Notes: a model not told the origin generated them from the letters alone. 64,000 bases of DNA from Bdellovibrionales bacterium (GCA_965116215.1 OZ220494.1:1658235-1722234), one strand, 5' to 3'. Positions 46,068 to 55,535 are shown, counted from the stretch's first letter. Translations and numbers: made by a program.

Positions 46068-47501
46068 ATGATTGTGAGTGGTTTATACGATGTGTGTGTT
46101 ATTGGAGCTGGCCCTGGAGGATATGTTGCGGCGATTCGTTCTGCACAATTAGGTCTTAAAACAGTCATTATTGAAAAGGCATCTCTTGGAGGAGTTTGTT
46201 TAAATGTAGGGTGTATACCTTCAAAAGCTATGATTACAGCATCTCACTTTTTTCATCGCATACATTCAGATGCTCAGAAGATGGGTATCAGTACAGGAAA
46301 AGTCGATGTCAATTTTAAGCAGCTTAATGCCTGGAAAGAAAGTGTATGTGATAAAATGTCTGTAGGAGTGAAGCAGCTTCTTCGTGCAAATAAAGTAGAT
46401 GTTATCAATGGTGTGGCTGACTTTCAATCTCCAAATGAAATTGGAATAAAGAGAGATCATAAAAATATTGAAATGATCTCTTCAAAATATTTTATTTTGG
46501 CAACAGGCTCTCGGCCTATTGAAATTCCTAATTTTGTTATCGATGAAAAGAATATTCTTTCTTCAACAGGAGTTCTTGCTCTTAAAGAAAAACCTCAGTC
46601 CATTGTTATTATTGGGGGAGGGTATATTGGCCTTGAAATTGGAGGGTATCTTGCAAAATTTGGATCACAAGTAACAATTTTGGAGGCGGCTGACGAACTA
46701 TTAAGTGGCGTTGTTGAGAAAGAAATGGTTGGACCCATTTTTAAAAACTTAAAGGATCTAGGTGTAAAAATTGTAACGGGGGTTCAAGCTCAGTCATGGA
46801 AAAAGAAGGGCTCTAAGTTAGAGGTGACTGGACAAGTTAAGGGTTTGTCGGAATCTTATATTGCTGAAAAGGTATTAGTTACGGTAGGAAGAAAACCCAA
46901 TTCTGATCAAATGAGTTTAAAGAAATTAGGTGTGTCTATTGATCAGAAGGGGTTTGTAAAAACTGACCTTCAAAGACGTTCGAGTGTTTCAAATATATTT
47001 GCTATAGGAGATATAGCTGGGCAACCTATGCTAGCCCATAAGGCGAGTTATGAAGGAGTAATGGTCGCAGAGATTATTTCTGGAAAGACTAGGGCGTATG
47101 ACGCAAAAACAGTTCCTCTTGTGATTTTTACCGACCCGGAGGTGAGTGCAGTGGGCTGGACAGAGGAAGAGTGTAAACAGAAGGGCTATAAAAACTTAAA
47201 GATAGGTCAATTTCCATTCAGTGCCAATGGAAGGGCTGTTTCCATGATGGAGATAGAGGGCCTTGTTAAAGTGATTGCTAATGGGGAGAATAATGTCGTA
47301 TTGGGGGTTCATATTGTTGGTCCTGATGCGAGTCATCTTATTAGTGAGGCGGCTTTAGCTATTGAAATGGGGGCGACTCTTGAAGATTTGGCTTTAACAA
47401 TTCACCCCCATCCGACACTCAGTGAGACCATTATGGAGTCGGCAGAAATGGCTTTAGGTCATGCTATTCATACCATTCAAAAACCTCTTAGAAAGGCATG
47501 A
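46068..47501 (+). CDS. lpdA: Dihydrolipoyl dehydrogenase (E3)
   Basis: VIGAGPGGY, redox disulfide GGVCLNVGCIPSK, C-terminal HPHPTLSE. Confidence 0.93.
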   Translation: MIVSGLYDVCVIGAGPGGYVAAIRSAQLGLKTVIIEKASLGGVCLNVGCIPSKAMITASHFFHRIHSDAQKMGISTGKVDVNFKQLNAWKESVCDKMSVGVKQLLRANKVDVINGVADFQSPNEIGIKRDHKNIEMISSKYFILATGSRPIEIPNFVIDEKNILSSTGVLALKEKPQSIVIIGGGYIGLEIGGYLAKFGSQVTILEAADELLSGVVEKEMVGPIFKNLKDLGVKIVTGVQAQSWKKKGSKLEVTGQVKGLSESYIAEKVLVTVGRKPNSDQMSLKKLGVSIDQKGFVKTDLQRRSSVSNIFAIGDIAGQPMLAHKASYEGVMVAEIISGKTRAYDAKTVPLVIFTDPEVSAVGWTEEECKQKGYKNLKIGQFPFSANGRAVSMMEIEGLVKVIANGENNVVLGVHIVGPDASHLISEAALAIEMGATLEDLALTIHPHPTLSETIMESAEMALGHAIHTIQKPLRKA

Positions 47502-47525
47502 TTTTTTCTTCTTGGTGATATTTTT

Positions 47526-48152
47526 ATGAAAGCGATTGATGTGGAAGACTGGGGGCAGATTGAATACTCTCTGGCTTTGGCAAAACAGTTAAAATATTTA
47601 GAAAAAATCTCTAAAGACGGCATGGATGAAAAATTGATTTTTTGTACGCATCCTCCTGTTGTGACTGTAGGACGTCGTACGAAAGAGGGAGATATTTTTA
47701 GTTGGCAAGGAGCTGTGGTTAAAGTTCAAAGAGGAGGGAGGGCTACTTATCATGGGCCCAGTCAAATTATATCTTATCCTATATTGGACTTAAAAAAGAG
47801 ACATCATAATGTCTCGGGTTATGTTCGAGTGTTAGAGTTAGCTATTATAGATACACTGTTAGCATTTGAAATTCATTCGGAGGCTAGGAGTGGGGCTGAG
47901 AACACGGGCGTTTGGGTAGGGAAAAAGAAAATAGCATCTATTGGTATTGCAGTTAAGGGATGGACAACATATCATGGTTTAGCTATTAACTTTTCATTTG
48001 ATTCAAAGGCTTTTCAAGGGATTAATCCTTGTGGTTTTTCTGCAGAGGTCATGACAGATGTACAGTCAGAAGTGAATGGAAAAATCTTGAGGACAGAGTT
48101 TCAGGATAGACTTGTTTCGCAGTTACAATTTCATATTTCTACATTAAAGTGA
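47526..48152 (+). CDS. lipB: Octanoyltransferase
   Basis: CTHPPVVTVGRR, RGGRATYHGPSQ, KIASIGI..., NPCG. Confidence 0.85.
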   Translation: MKAIDVEDWGQIEYSLALAKQLKYLEKISKDGMDEKLIFCTHPPVVTVGRRTKEGDIFSWQGAVVKVQRGGRATYHGPSQIISYPILDLKKRHHNVSGYVRVLELAIIDTLLAFEIHSEARSGAENTGVWVGKKKIASIGIAVKGWTTYHGLAINFSFDSKAFQGINPCGFSAEVMTDVQSEVNGKILRTEFQDRLVSQLQFHISTLK

Positions 48153-48253
48153 TTTTTTATAGATTATCTCCCTCTCTCATCTTAAAAATTCCATTCCAAA
48201 GGAATAGCATCTGTGCATTTTAGGAGAGCTTACAGTGTTTTTAGGGAAATATT

Positions 48254-48667
48254 TTACCGTTTTTTGTCGACAGAAATAGCAAATCGAGTAACACCTGCAG
48301 ATTTAATGACATCAATCACCTGTATGACTGTTCCATGCTCTACCTTCTTATCAGCAGCAATAATGGCTTGTACATCAGGATCATTCATAAGAAAATCAGA
48401 AGCCGACACTTTTAAATCATCCATAACGATCTTTTCACCGTTGAGGTTGATAAAACCATCTTGAGAGATAGCTATATTTAAAATAGAAGGTTTTGATTTA
48501 TCCCCACTTGTTGCTGTTGGTAATTGCACATTTATGCTTGGTTTCATAATAATAGGTGTGGTGACCATAAAAATAATAAGGACAACCAGAATAATATCAA
48601 CAAATGGAGTGACATTAATTGTGGATATGGGCTCACTTTCTAAATGATCTCCAAGCTGAATGCCCAT
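48254..48667 (-). CDS. ExbD/TolR-family biopolymer transport protein
   Basis: 137 aa; INVTPFVDIILVVLIIFMV TM anchor motif and periplasmic domain. Confidence 0.8.
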   Translation of the reverse strand: MGIQLGDHLESEPISTINVTPFVDIILVVLIIFMVTTPIIMKPSINVQLPTATSGDKSKPSILNIAISQDGFINLNGEKIVMDDLKVSASDFLMNDPDVQAIIAADKKVEHGTVIQVIDVIKSAGVTRFAISVDKKR

Positions 48668-49426
48668 CTAATCCTCTCTAGGGGGTTTAATGGAAAACTG
48701 TTTTTTCAACTCATCTTGATTTATCTCATTGTTTTTTTCAACCTGAGTCGTTTTATCAACTTGAATTTGAAGGGGTTGACCTGTCTCATTGCTTTTTGTG
48801 TAGGCCACACAGAGTTCTTTTACAGCTTCAAGATTTTGTAATAGCCCTTTGACTTGTTTTTGGAAATGATTGAATGCTATCACAGCAGGAATAGCGACAA
48901 ATAAGCCAACAGCAGTAGCAACTAATGCTTCGGCAATGCCGGTCATCACTGCAGAGGCCTGTTGCTCAATTCCTAAATCATTAAAGGCTTTCATGATTCC
49001 TAAAACTGTTCCCAGTAGTCCAACAAATGGTGCATTTGACCCAACAGTCGCTAAAAAGTTTAAATAACGATCGAGATGAGGACGCTCCATAACAATAAAT
49101 GAATTGATAACTTCTTCTATTCCCTGTGCTCCCTTCTTTTTGTAGTGCTGTAGGGCATGATAAAGAGCACGTCCTTCTAAAGACTCCTCATCTCTGCTTA
49201 TACTTTTTAAATCTTCATAGGAACTATTTTGAAGTATGCCCCTGAGACGACGATGAATGCGTTGACTATGTTTTTTAAAATAATTGATAGTGAGATAACG
49301 TTCAATGATTAAAGCCACACTGACAACAGATGTTGCAATAAGTAGCCAGAGTATGATTTCCGCTCCATTTTGTGCTGCTTGAAAAATCTTTTGTGTTAGA
49401 GAAAAACTCTGATTAATCGTGTCCAT
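48668..49426 (-). CDS. MotA/TolQ/ExbB-family proton channel protein with C-terminal extension
   Basis: LATVGSNAPFVGLLGTVLGIM and GIAEALVATAVGLFVAIPAVIAFN. About 45 extra C-terminal residues. Its stop abuts the exbD-like start. Confidence 0.8.
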   Translation of the reverse strand: MDTINQSFSLTQKIFQAAQNGAEIILWLLIATSVVSVALIIERYLTINYFKKHSQRIHRRLRGILQNSSYEDLKSISRDEESLEGRALYHALQHYKKKGAQGIEEVINSFIVMERPHLDRYLNFLATVGSNAPFVGLLGTVLGIMKAFNDLGIEQQASAVMTGIAEALVATAVGLFVAIPAVIAFNHFQKQVKGLLQNLEAVKELCVAYTKSNETGQPLQIQVDKTTQVEKNNEINQDELKKQFSIKPPRED

Positions 49427-49630
49427 ATATTGACCTCATTTCATGATTATCACTGTTCTTACAGGGGGAGGTCAAGAGGACAGTTTTTATATGTGTTGGG
49501 ATTCTTATTTTATGATACTTTTAGTTTTAACAAAAATATTTGTGACTCTTTATTTGCTGTATGTATGATGAGTCTTAATATTTCAATCTATAAGTATAAG
49601 AAAACTTTGTTCTATTGTATTATTGAAGTT

Positions 49631-51472
49631 ATGAAATTGTTGTTTGGCGTTATATTTTTTATCTCTTCTTGGTTTTATGGGTGTTCTTTATTGGTTCAAC
49701 CATCTTCACATTCTTTAGTGGTTATTGCTGTTGAGAACCTACCTTTTGGTGTTCTTCGTTGTGTTGATGGTGATATATCAAATGTTGATGGTTTTAGAAA
49801 AATCTGTTCTGAGTTTGTGAGGTTTACCCATGCCTACACGACGTCGTCTATGAGTCAAGCGGCATTAGGTTCAGTTTTAACAGGTTTATATCCCTATGAG
49901 TCCGGCTTAAGGCATAATGGTAAGGATCACTTGCCTCCTCGATTTGAAACATTAGCTGAAAAATTATTTAAAAGACAAAGTCATAGAACAGCATTATTTT
50001 CTGGAGGAGCTGCTATATGGAGAAGGTCGGGATTAGGACAGGGATTTGAAGTTTTTGATGATAATATAAATATATCGCTCTCACAGCTCTATAGGACTTC
50101 ACAAACAAATATCAATCGGTTTTTGAATTGGCAAAAAGTGTATGTAAAAGAGGATCTTTTTTTTGCTGTCTTATATTTACCAGATACATTATTTGCCAAC
50201 GTTCCCACATTGACAGAAACAGGCCTGCAAAGAGAGGCATCTTATGAAAGTCAATTGGAAGAGCTGAATGATTCACTGAACTTCTTTGTTGAAGAGATGA
50301 AGAATCGTAAATTGTGGGATTCAACACATATTGTGTTATTAGGATTAAATGGACGCCATGGATATCCTGAAAGAAATGAGTTAGTGGGGACAAATTTACA
50401 TAGCGAGATCACACGGGTGAGTTTGTTTATTAAGCCTGCCCGTCCTCCAAGAGACTTGGGTTTACATTGGAAAGTTGATTTTAATGTTAATCTTATAGAT
50501 GTGAGTAGAACACTTTTTGATTTTTTAAATCTTGAGTGGAAAGAATCAAAAGAGAGATTGTCACCCTCTATTTCTTTACTTCCCTCTATTAGCGAGCCAG
50601 GGGCACAGACAGATAATGAGAGGTTTTTCATTTTAGAATCTGCATGGCCCAGTTGGAAGCATTTGGGAGGTACTCGGTATGCAGTTATCTATCAAAATTA
50701 CTTATTTTTTTATGATAAAAGCCCTAAAATTTTTAACACTTTAACTGATCAGTTAGAGTACAATGAGCTATTTAAAAGAGATTTAGAGTTACAGAAAATG
50801 TTTGCTATTTTTGAACCATTTTTATTGAGAGTGGGAGCAAAGCCATGGCTTTCTATTCAGTTTGATCACGCTCGCCTATTGCATTCTTTGATAGAGGGTT
50901 CACTTCCATATGTAGAGCAGTTAGAGTCTAAAAAAGATATGGTAGATTACCAAAATATTTATGAGGATTTTTTTGATAGATCTGCTTTATGGTCGATAAA
51001 GAAAAAAGACTGGAAGTGGCTTGAAAAAATAGGAAAAAAAACTAAAAATACCTTTTATCAACAGATGGCTCTTTATTTAAGAGGGAAGGGGCCGCTTCCT
51101 CAAAATAAATGCTTAGATCTTCTTAATAGATCGACTTTTCAAAAAAAGGAAGATTTACACTTATCTACTTGTGATGAAAAAATTTTCTTAAAGTTTATAA
51201 GCTGGTTACATTTTGAAAACTCAGACTATAGTTCGAAAGTATTTGATTATATTGTTCGAGAATGGAGATTTTTGCAAATAGATAGAAAGGTTTCTGAGTT
51301 TAATAATATGAATGGACAAGTGTGGATGACGAAATCCAAAGATATTCTTAAGCCCACATATTTTGATTTTATATTAGAATTTCCAGAGTTTGACCTTCTT
51401 AAAGGTATAGTTAATAGGAGGATAGAAAATATTGAAAAACAATTAAAAAGTGGTGACTATGAATACTATTAA
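49631..51472 (+). CDS. Alkaline-phosphatase-superfamily (sulfatase-like) lipoprotein with non-canonical active-site motif
   Basis: Lipoprotein signal MKLLFGVIFFISSWFYGCS at 49631 (the ORF-track TTG at 49430 is rejected). TTSSMSQAALGSVLTGLYPYESGLRHNG aligns with the sulfatase CxPxR..LTG.YP..HG region but reads SMSQA. Confidence 0.55.
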   Translation: MKLLFGVIFFISSWFYGCSLLVQPSSHSLVVIAVENLPFGVLRCVDGDISNVDGFRKICSEFVRFTHAYTTSSMSQAALGSVLTGLYPYESGLRHNGKDHLPPRFETLAEKLFKRQSHRTALFSGGAAIWRRSGLGQGFEVFDDNINISLSQLYRTSQTNINRFLNWQKVYVKEDLFFAVLYLPDTLFANVPTLTETGLQREASYESQLEELNDSLNFFVEEMKNRKLWDSTHIVLLGLNGRHGYPERNELVGTNLHSEITRVSLFIKPARPPRDLGLHWKVDFNVNLIDVSRTLFDFLNLEWKESKERLSPSISLLPSISEPGAQTDNERFFILESAWPSWKHLGGTRYAVIYQNYLFFYDKSPKIFNTLTDQLEYNELFKRDLELQKMFAIFEPFLLRVGAKPWLSIQFDHARLLHSLIEGSLPYVEQLESKKDMVDYQNIYEDFFDRSALWSIKKKDWKWLEKIGKKTKNTFYQQMALYLRGKGPLPQNKCLDLLNRSTFQKKEDLHLSTCDEKIFLKFISWLHFENSDYSSKVFDYIVREWRFLQIDRKVSEFNNMNGQVWMTKSKDILKPTYFDFILEFPEFDLLKGIVNRRIENIEKQLKSGDYEYY

Positions 51473-52281
51473 TCAATGACATCTATTGGAATAGAGACTC
51501 TTTTACAAAGGAGGGCTTTAATCGTATACAATTCATCTGCAGTCAGTTTTTGTATTCCTGACACAGGAGGGACTCTTTCAACTGTATAAACTTGCACTTT
51601 CTTGGGTTTTATAAGAGCAATCGCCTCTATCCATTCATCTAAGTCAGTGCGTTCCATGTTAGTTGCAATACCTTTAATAAACATAGATTGAATGATAAGA
51701 TTTTTTAACCTTCTTGTATTATTAATAATTTTTTTCATTGAATCCTTAACCAGTGGAGCATTTATATTTTTAAGTTGTATATCGTTTCCTGCATCTAGTT
51801 TCATGACTCTTTCGTCATAGACATTTAACCCCTTTATAATTTTTTTGTTATGTAATTGCGTGCAATTGGAAAATACAAGTAAAGGAATTTTTGGGAGTAT
51901 TTCATTTCTAGCGATAGCTACTTTTTTTGAAAAAATGTCAAAGTGAGGATAGAGAGTGGGTTCACCATTTCCGACGACAGATATAACGTCAATTTTAATA
52001 TTTTGAGCAATGACTTTTCTCATGCCGACTCTGATGAGTTGGTCTAATTCTTCTGGATCTAGAAAAGGTGTAGATTTTTTGATTGCACCCATTGTCACAT
52101 TAGTTTTTCCAATCTCGCAGTAGATACAATTGAATGAACAAATTTTTTGCCCCCGCCCTAGAATATTAATTCCAAGACTAGATCCATAACGTCGACTGTG
52201 AAAAGGACCGTAAACGACGTCCCACGGCTCTGTTAGTTGTCGATATCCTTGGTACTCAGGTGTTATTTTGGGAAATTCCAT
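51469..52281 (-). CDS. Radical SAM protein (small, no SPASM-type extension)
   Basis: CSFNCIYC (CxxxCxxC), preceded by YGPFHSRRYGSSLGINIL. 270 aa. Confidence 0.75.
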   Translation of the reverse strand: MEFPKITPEYQGYRQLTEPWDVVYGPFHSRRYGSSLGINILGRGQKICSFNCIYCEIGKTNVTMGAIKKSTPFLDPEELDQLIRVGMRKVIAQNIKIDVISVVGNGEPTLYPHFDIFSKKVAIARNEILPKIPLLVFSNCTQLHNKKIIKGLNVYDERVMKLDAGNDIQLKNINAPLVKDSMKKIINNTRRLKNLIIQSMFIKGIATNMERTDLDEWIEAIALIKPKKVQVYTVERVPPVSGIQKLTADELYTIKALLCKRVSIPIDVID

Positions 52282-52464
52282 AGGTTATATTATACGTAAA
52301 CTTTTTTATGGGAAAATAAAAACCACCTTATGACTTAAAATTTTCTACATATGTCATCCTATTGTGATTTTATTAAGGACTGAAGTGTAGAAATTTTCAA
52401 TCTGCTTATGAATATGTTGATTATATCTTATATATGGATTTTCAGAAGGAATAATATGTAGAGT

Positions 52465-52908
52465 GGAGGAAGAGTTTTTCTTAGGGATTTCAAAACGAGT
52501 TTTCTGAGGCACAGGGCGTATTCGTGAAGAGATCATTTATTCTATACTTGAGTGCATGAACTTTACCCTGAAATAGAAAAGGATTTTTATCTTCCCCTTA
52601 AAACGAGTTTTCCAAAGCGCAGGGCGTATCTGTAGAGAGATCGTGTATTCTATGCCTGAGTACATGAGCGCACTATCCAGCTTGCACTTTTAGTCTGCGG
52701 CAGAGACGAGCTGCGGCCTTTGGGGCTGTTTGAGCTTTAAGGGGAAGATAAAAATCCTTTTCTTATAGGAACTTATGCATGAGAAAATCGCTTGTTCTAT
52801 CCTCAACACATTGAGCACTTCCAGCCAAGGCCGTTAGACTGAGCCACGGGCTGCGGATCTCAGAGTTGTTTGAGCTTTTTGAAGCTCTAAGAAAAACTCT
52901 TCCCTCTT
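52465..52908. repeat. Mosaic repeat array, locus 5 (one complete and two partial units)
   Basis: 52468-52560 is a partial unit, 52575-52763 a complete unit, 52790-52906 a partial unit. All are alignable to loci 1 and 3 in reverse orientation. Confidence 0.85.
52575..52763. repeat. Complete 189-bp long-form unit with 28-bp perfect terminal inverted repeats
   Basis: 52575-52602 agaaaaggatttttatcttccccttaaa is the exact reverse complement of 52736-52763. Confidence 0.9.
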
Positions 52909-52974
52909 ATCATCTGACAAAGTTAACTCCAGAGAGAAATAGTATTTTTTATTATAAAAGGGAGAGGAAGAGTT

Positions 52975-53652
52975 TTATGAATTGGTTAGCATTCCAATCC
53001 AATAGGGCTCTTGAGAGTTGAGTGATTCTGATAACTCATCAAGGATTATTTTATTTCCAGAGAGAGATAAGAATTTTTTGTCTAAAAAAGACTTGCTTAG
53101 AAAAATAAGAGAATCATTTTTATTAATATGGAAGGATTGAGTAAAAATATTGGGATTTTGGTAAGCACCTACTAAGCGACAAGGTAGAGGAGGGACGGGT
53201 TTGTTTTTTTCATTGAGTTCTGTTGAGAGATCATTTCCTGTCGATAGAGGTATCAATCCGAATCCACTTTTAAATACAAACACAAAGGGCTGACCAACAT
53301 GTGCCAAATGAAACTCATTTTCTTTTAGATAACAGAGGCATATTTCACATGCGCTTGTATAACTTTCTTTATTTTGTTCCCTTAAGATAGATTCGTTAGC
53401 AAGTAGTATGGCAATTCTCAGATTGTTACAAATAGAAGAGATACTATCTAGCCTTGGGAATAAGGAGGTCGCCTCTTCATCTGTTTTTGCAGAAAAAAAA
53501 TAGTCTTGAATAATATCTAAAGATTGCTTTGCTGCTGTTTTTGCTCCCCAAGGTGTTATTATAAATAAAACCCTTTCATTTTCATCAAAATAGATCTCAG
53601 GTTTAGGTCGTGTCGTGTCGTCTCCAATGTAGGACTTTTGTTCAAACTTCAT
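52975..53652 (-). CDS. Degenerate PP2C-like (pseudophosphatase-like) protein
   Basis: LFIITPWGAKTAAKQS sits where PP2C has VADGMGGH..G..AS; LAHVGQPFVF where PP2C has AHVGDSR; NDSLIFLSKSF where PP2C has GD.LLLCSDGL. The metal-binding Asp residues are not conserved. Recognition is by eye only. Confidence 0.35.
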   Translation of the reverse strand: MKFEQKSYIGDDTTRPKPEIYFDENERVLFIITPWGAKTAAKQSLDIIQDYFFSAKTDEEATSLFPRLDSISSICNNLRIAILLANESILREQNKESYTSACEICLCYLKENEFHLAHVGQPFVFVFKSGFGLIPLSTGNDLSTELNEKNKPVPPLPCRLVGAYQNPNIFTQSFHINKNDSLIFLSKSFLDKKFLSLSGNKIILDELSESLNSQEPYWIGMLTNS

Positions 53653-55535
53653 ATGCCACTATACCTTCTTAGTTTACTTGTTGCTTTATTATAGTAGTCT
53701 CCAGTGGGAATATCGAGTTCTTTAATTTTTTTCCATTTTAATAGCGCAGACTCAATTTGTCCCATATGCTCCTCTAGGACACTGTCCTGATAGAGCACTT
53801 TCATTTTTTGATTTAATTCCATAGACGATTTTTCAAGCAGTTGCCTGCTTTCTTTATGTTGAGGATCTAAATCTAAGGCCTTTCTTAAACTCATTATAGA
53901 TTCTTTCAATTTTCCATTAGCATATTCTTTTTCAGCAATAGATAGAGATTCTTGGATTTGTTCTTCAATCTCTTTTTTTATATCTGCAATAGCCTCCTTT
54001 GATTTTTCCTTAAGTTGTCCAGGGTCTGGATATTTTGATTTTATATGAGCTTCATAGGATTCAATAGCATCTAGTAGTTTTTTTTCATCTTTTAATTTTT
54101 CTGCTTTATTAAATAAGGCTTTGCCCTTAGAAACTCTTTGATTGTATTTTTTGCGTTGGACTTTCTCCTTATTATGTTTAGCGATTTGTTGTTCAATATC
54201 TGTAAGCAGAGATTCTATTTCTGGATTCTCAGGGTTGAGTTCTATTGCAGGTGCTAGGCAATTTTTTGCCGCTACAAGATCATATGAATTTTTGTATTTT
54301 TCTTTGCATATTTCCAGAGTCTCTTTAGCATTTTCTTCTGCAATTTTTTCCTGTTCAATGCTTCGATCTAGCTCAGCCTTTTGCCGTTTATTTAAAGTCG
54401 ACTGTTCTATTTGTTCTTCAATGATTTTTGAGTCCTTATATTTTGATACAATTTTATGGATTTTTTCAATCTCGCCCTTAGCTAACTCATGTTTCTTTTT
54501 TGACATTAAGTCTTTTGTTAGCTTGTATGCAATTTCTACTTGGTTTTGTTGTTCAGGGGTTAGTAGGTCCCATTCTGATTTGTAATCTTTTGAGGCTTGC
54601 TCTAGTGTTCCAGATCCATCTTTTGTATTGTTTGTGAATAAGGCAAATAGGACAGCACTAGCGGCTATCGTCATCAATATTTTTTTTCTTACCATGGTGT
54701 TCTTGTGAGATTTTTGATTGGAGTCGATTCTGATGACCCCTTCTTGCTTACTATTTTTCTGAGACTCAATGATAGATTTAAGATCTCCTGCATTGAAATG
54801 ATCTTGGCTTTGATTAACATTTTGATGATCAATATTTTGTATTTCTTTTTGAAAAACAGCATCTCTAATTTCAAATGTGAGAGTTGAATCTCCAATGCGA
54901 ATGATATCACCGCTATTTAATTCCTCAACCTTATCTCCTAATATTGTATTATTTAGAAAAGTTTTATTTGAGCTTCTGATGAGTTTTATATAATAGACTG
55001 ACCCAATTTTATATATTTCCATTTGTTCTCGACTTACTTTTTTATCAGGGATAATCACTTGACATGTTTGGCTTCGTCCAATAATCCATGATTGACCTTC
55101 AAGTTTGTAAATCTCATCTTTTCCATTGCAATTCACTTTCAGATAAGGAGTGATTTCTGAATCTCCAGTTATTGTCTTATCATATGGTTGTTGTTTAACT
55201 TTAGAGGCTGCAGAGTATGAGATAGAGTCTTCTACTAATTCTTTTTCTTTTTTCCAGAGTTCAAATTTGAATGGAGGGATACTAAAAACATCATCACCAA
55301 TGAGACTTAAATGTGTTTGATTTTCATTGTTATAAATAAGTTGACCGAACTTAGAGAGTTTTCTTATTTCCCAAGAGTTATCTTTGTATTCAATGGTTAT
55401 ATGCTTTCTTGAAATAGATTTTTCTTGTAAAATAATAGAAGATGTTTTCGATCGTCCAAATGTATACAGTTGATCTGCCTTAACTTCTACCTCTGCTATT
55501 TCTGTCATTCCCTTTAGGACTCGAATTCGAGGCAT
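53649..55535 (-). CDS. Double-FHA-domain membrane protein with coiled-coil/TPR-like C-terminal region
   Basis: FHA 1: FGRSKTSSIILQEKSISRKHITIEY. FHA 2: IGRSQTCQVIIPDKKVSREQMEIY...NKTFLNN. TM segment ILMTIAASAVLFALF. RBS aggagg lies 10 nt before the ATG at 55535. Confidence 0.75.
   Translation of the reverse strand: MPRIRVLKGMTEIAEVEVKADQLYTFGRSKTSSIILQEKSISRKHITIEYKDNSWEIRKLSKFGQLIYNNENQTHLSLIGDDVFSIPPFKFELWKKEKELVEDSISYSAASKVKQQPYDKTITGDSEITPYLKVNCNGKDEIYKLEGQSWIIGRSQTCQVIIPDKKVSREQMEIYKIGSVYYIKLIRSSNKTFLNNTILGDKVEELNSGDIIRIGDSTLTFEIRDAVFQKEIQNIDHQNVNQSQDHFNAGDLKSIIESQKNSKQEGVIRIDSNQKSHKNTMVRKKILMTIAASAVLFALFTNNTKDGSGTLEQASKDYKSEWDLLTPEQQNQVEIAYKLTKDLMSKKKHELAKGEIEKIHKIVSKYKDSKIIEEQIEQSTLNKRQKAELDRSIEQEKIAEENAKETLEICKEKYKNSYDLVAAKNCLAPAIELNPENPEIESLLTDIEQQIAKHNKEKVQRKKYNQRVSKGKALFNKAEKLKDEKKLLDAIESYEAHIKSKYPDPGQLKEKSKEAIADIKKEIEEQIQESLSIAEKEYANGKLKESIMSLRKALDLDPQHKESRQLLEKSSMELNQKMKVLYQDSVLEEHMGQIESALLKWKKIKELDIPTGDYYNKATSKLRRYSGI

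Noticed and set aside
48254-49426. Calling the MotA/ExbB-ExbD pair tolQ-tolR or exbB-exbD specifically
   Set aside because: No tolA/tolB/pal or tonB gene is adjacent; lipB converges on one side and a divergent lipoprotein gene lies on the other. Only the family can be supported.
49430-49630. The 67-codon N-terminal extension of the sulfatase-like ORF (TTG at 49430)
   Set aside because: That start would lie 4 nt from the divergent exbB-like start codon. The extension has no signal-like logic, whereas the Met at 49631 gives a textbook lipoprotein signal. Similar long-start artefacts were trimmed for panB (31668), panC (32604), pgpA (12494), proC (60456), ung (22227), the MBL hydrolase (27148) and the nucleotidase (28062).
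51469-52281. Radical SAM protein as an anaerobic sulfatase-maturating enzyme (anSME) for the neighbouring sulfatase-like protein
   Set aside because: At 270 aa it is too short and lacks the additional SPASM-type cysteine clusters. The neighbouring protein lacks the C/S-x-P-x-R target motif. The two genes are convergent, not co-transcribed.
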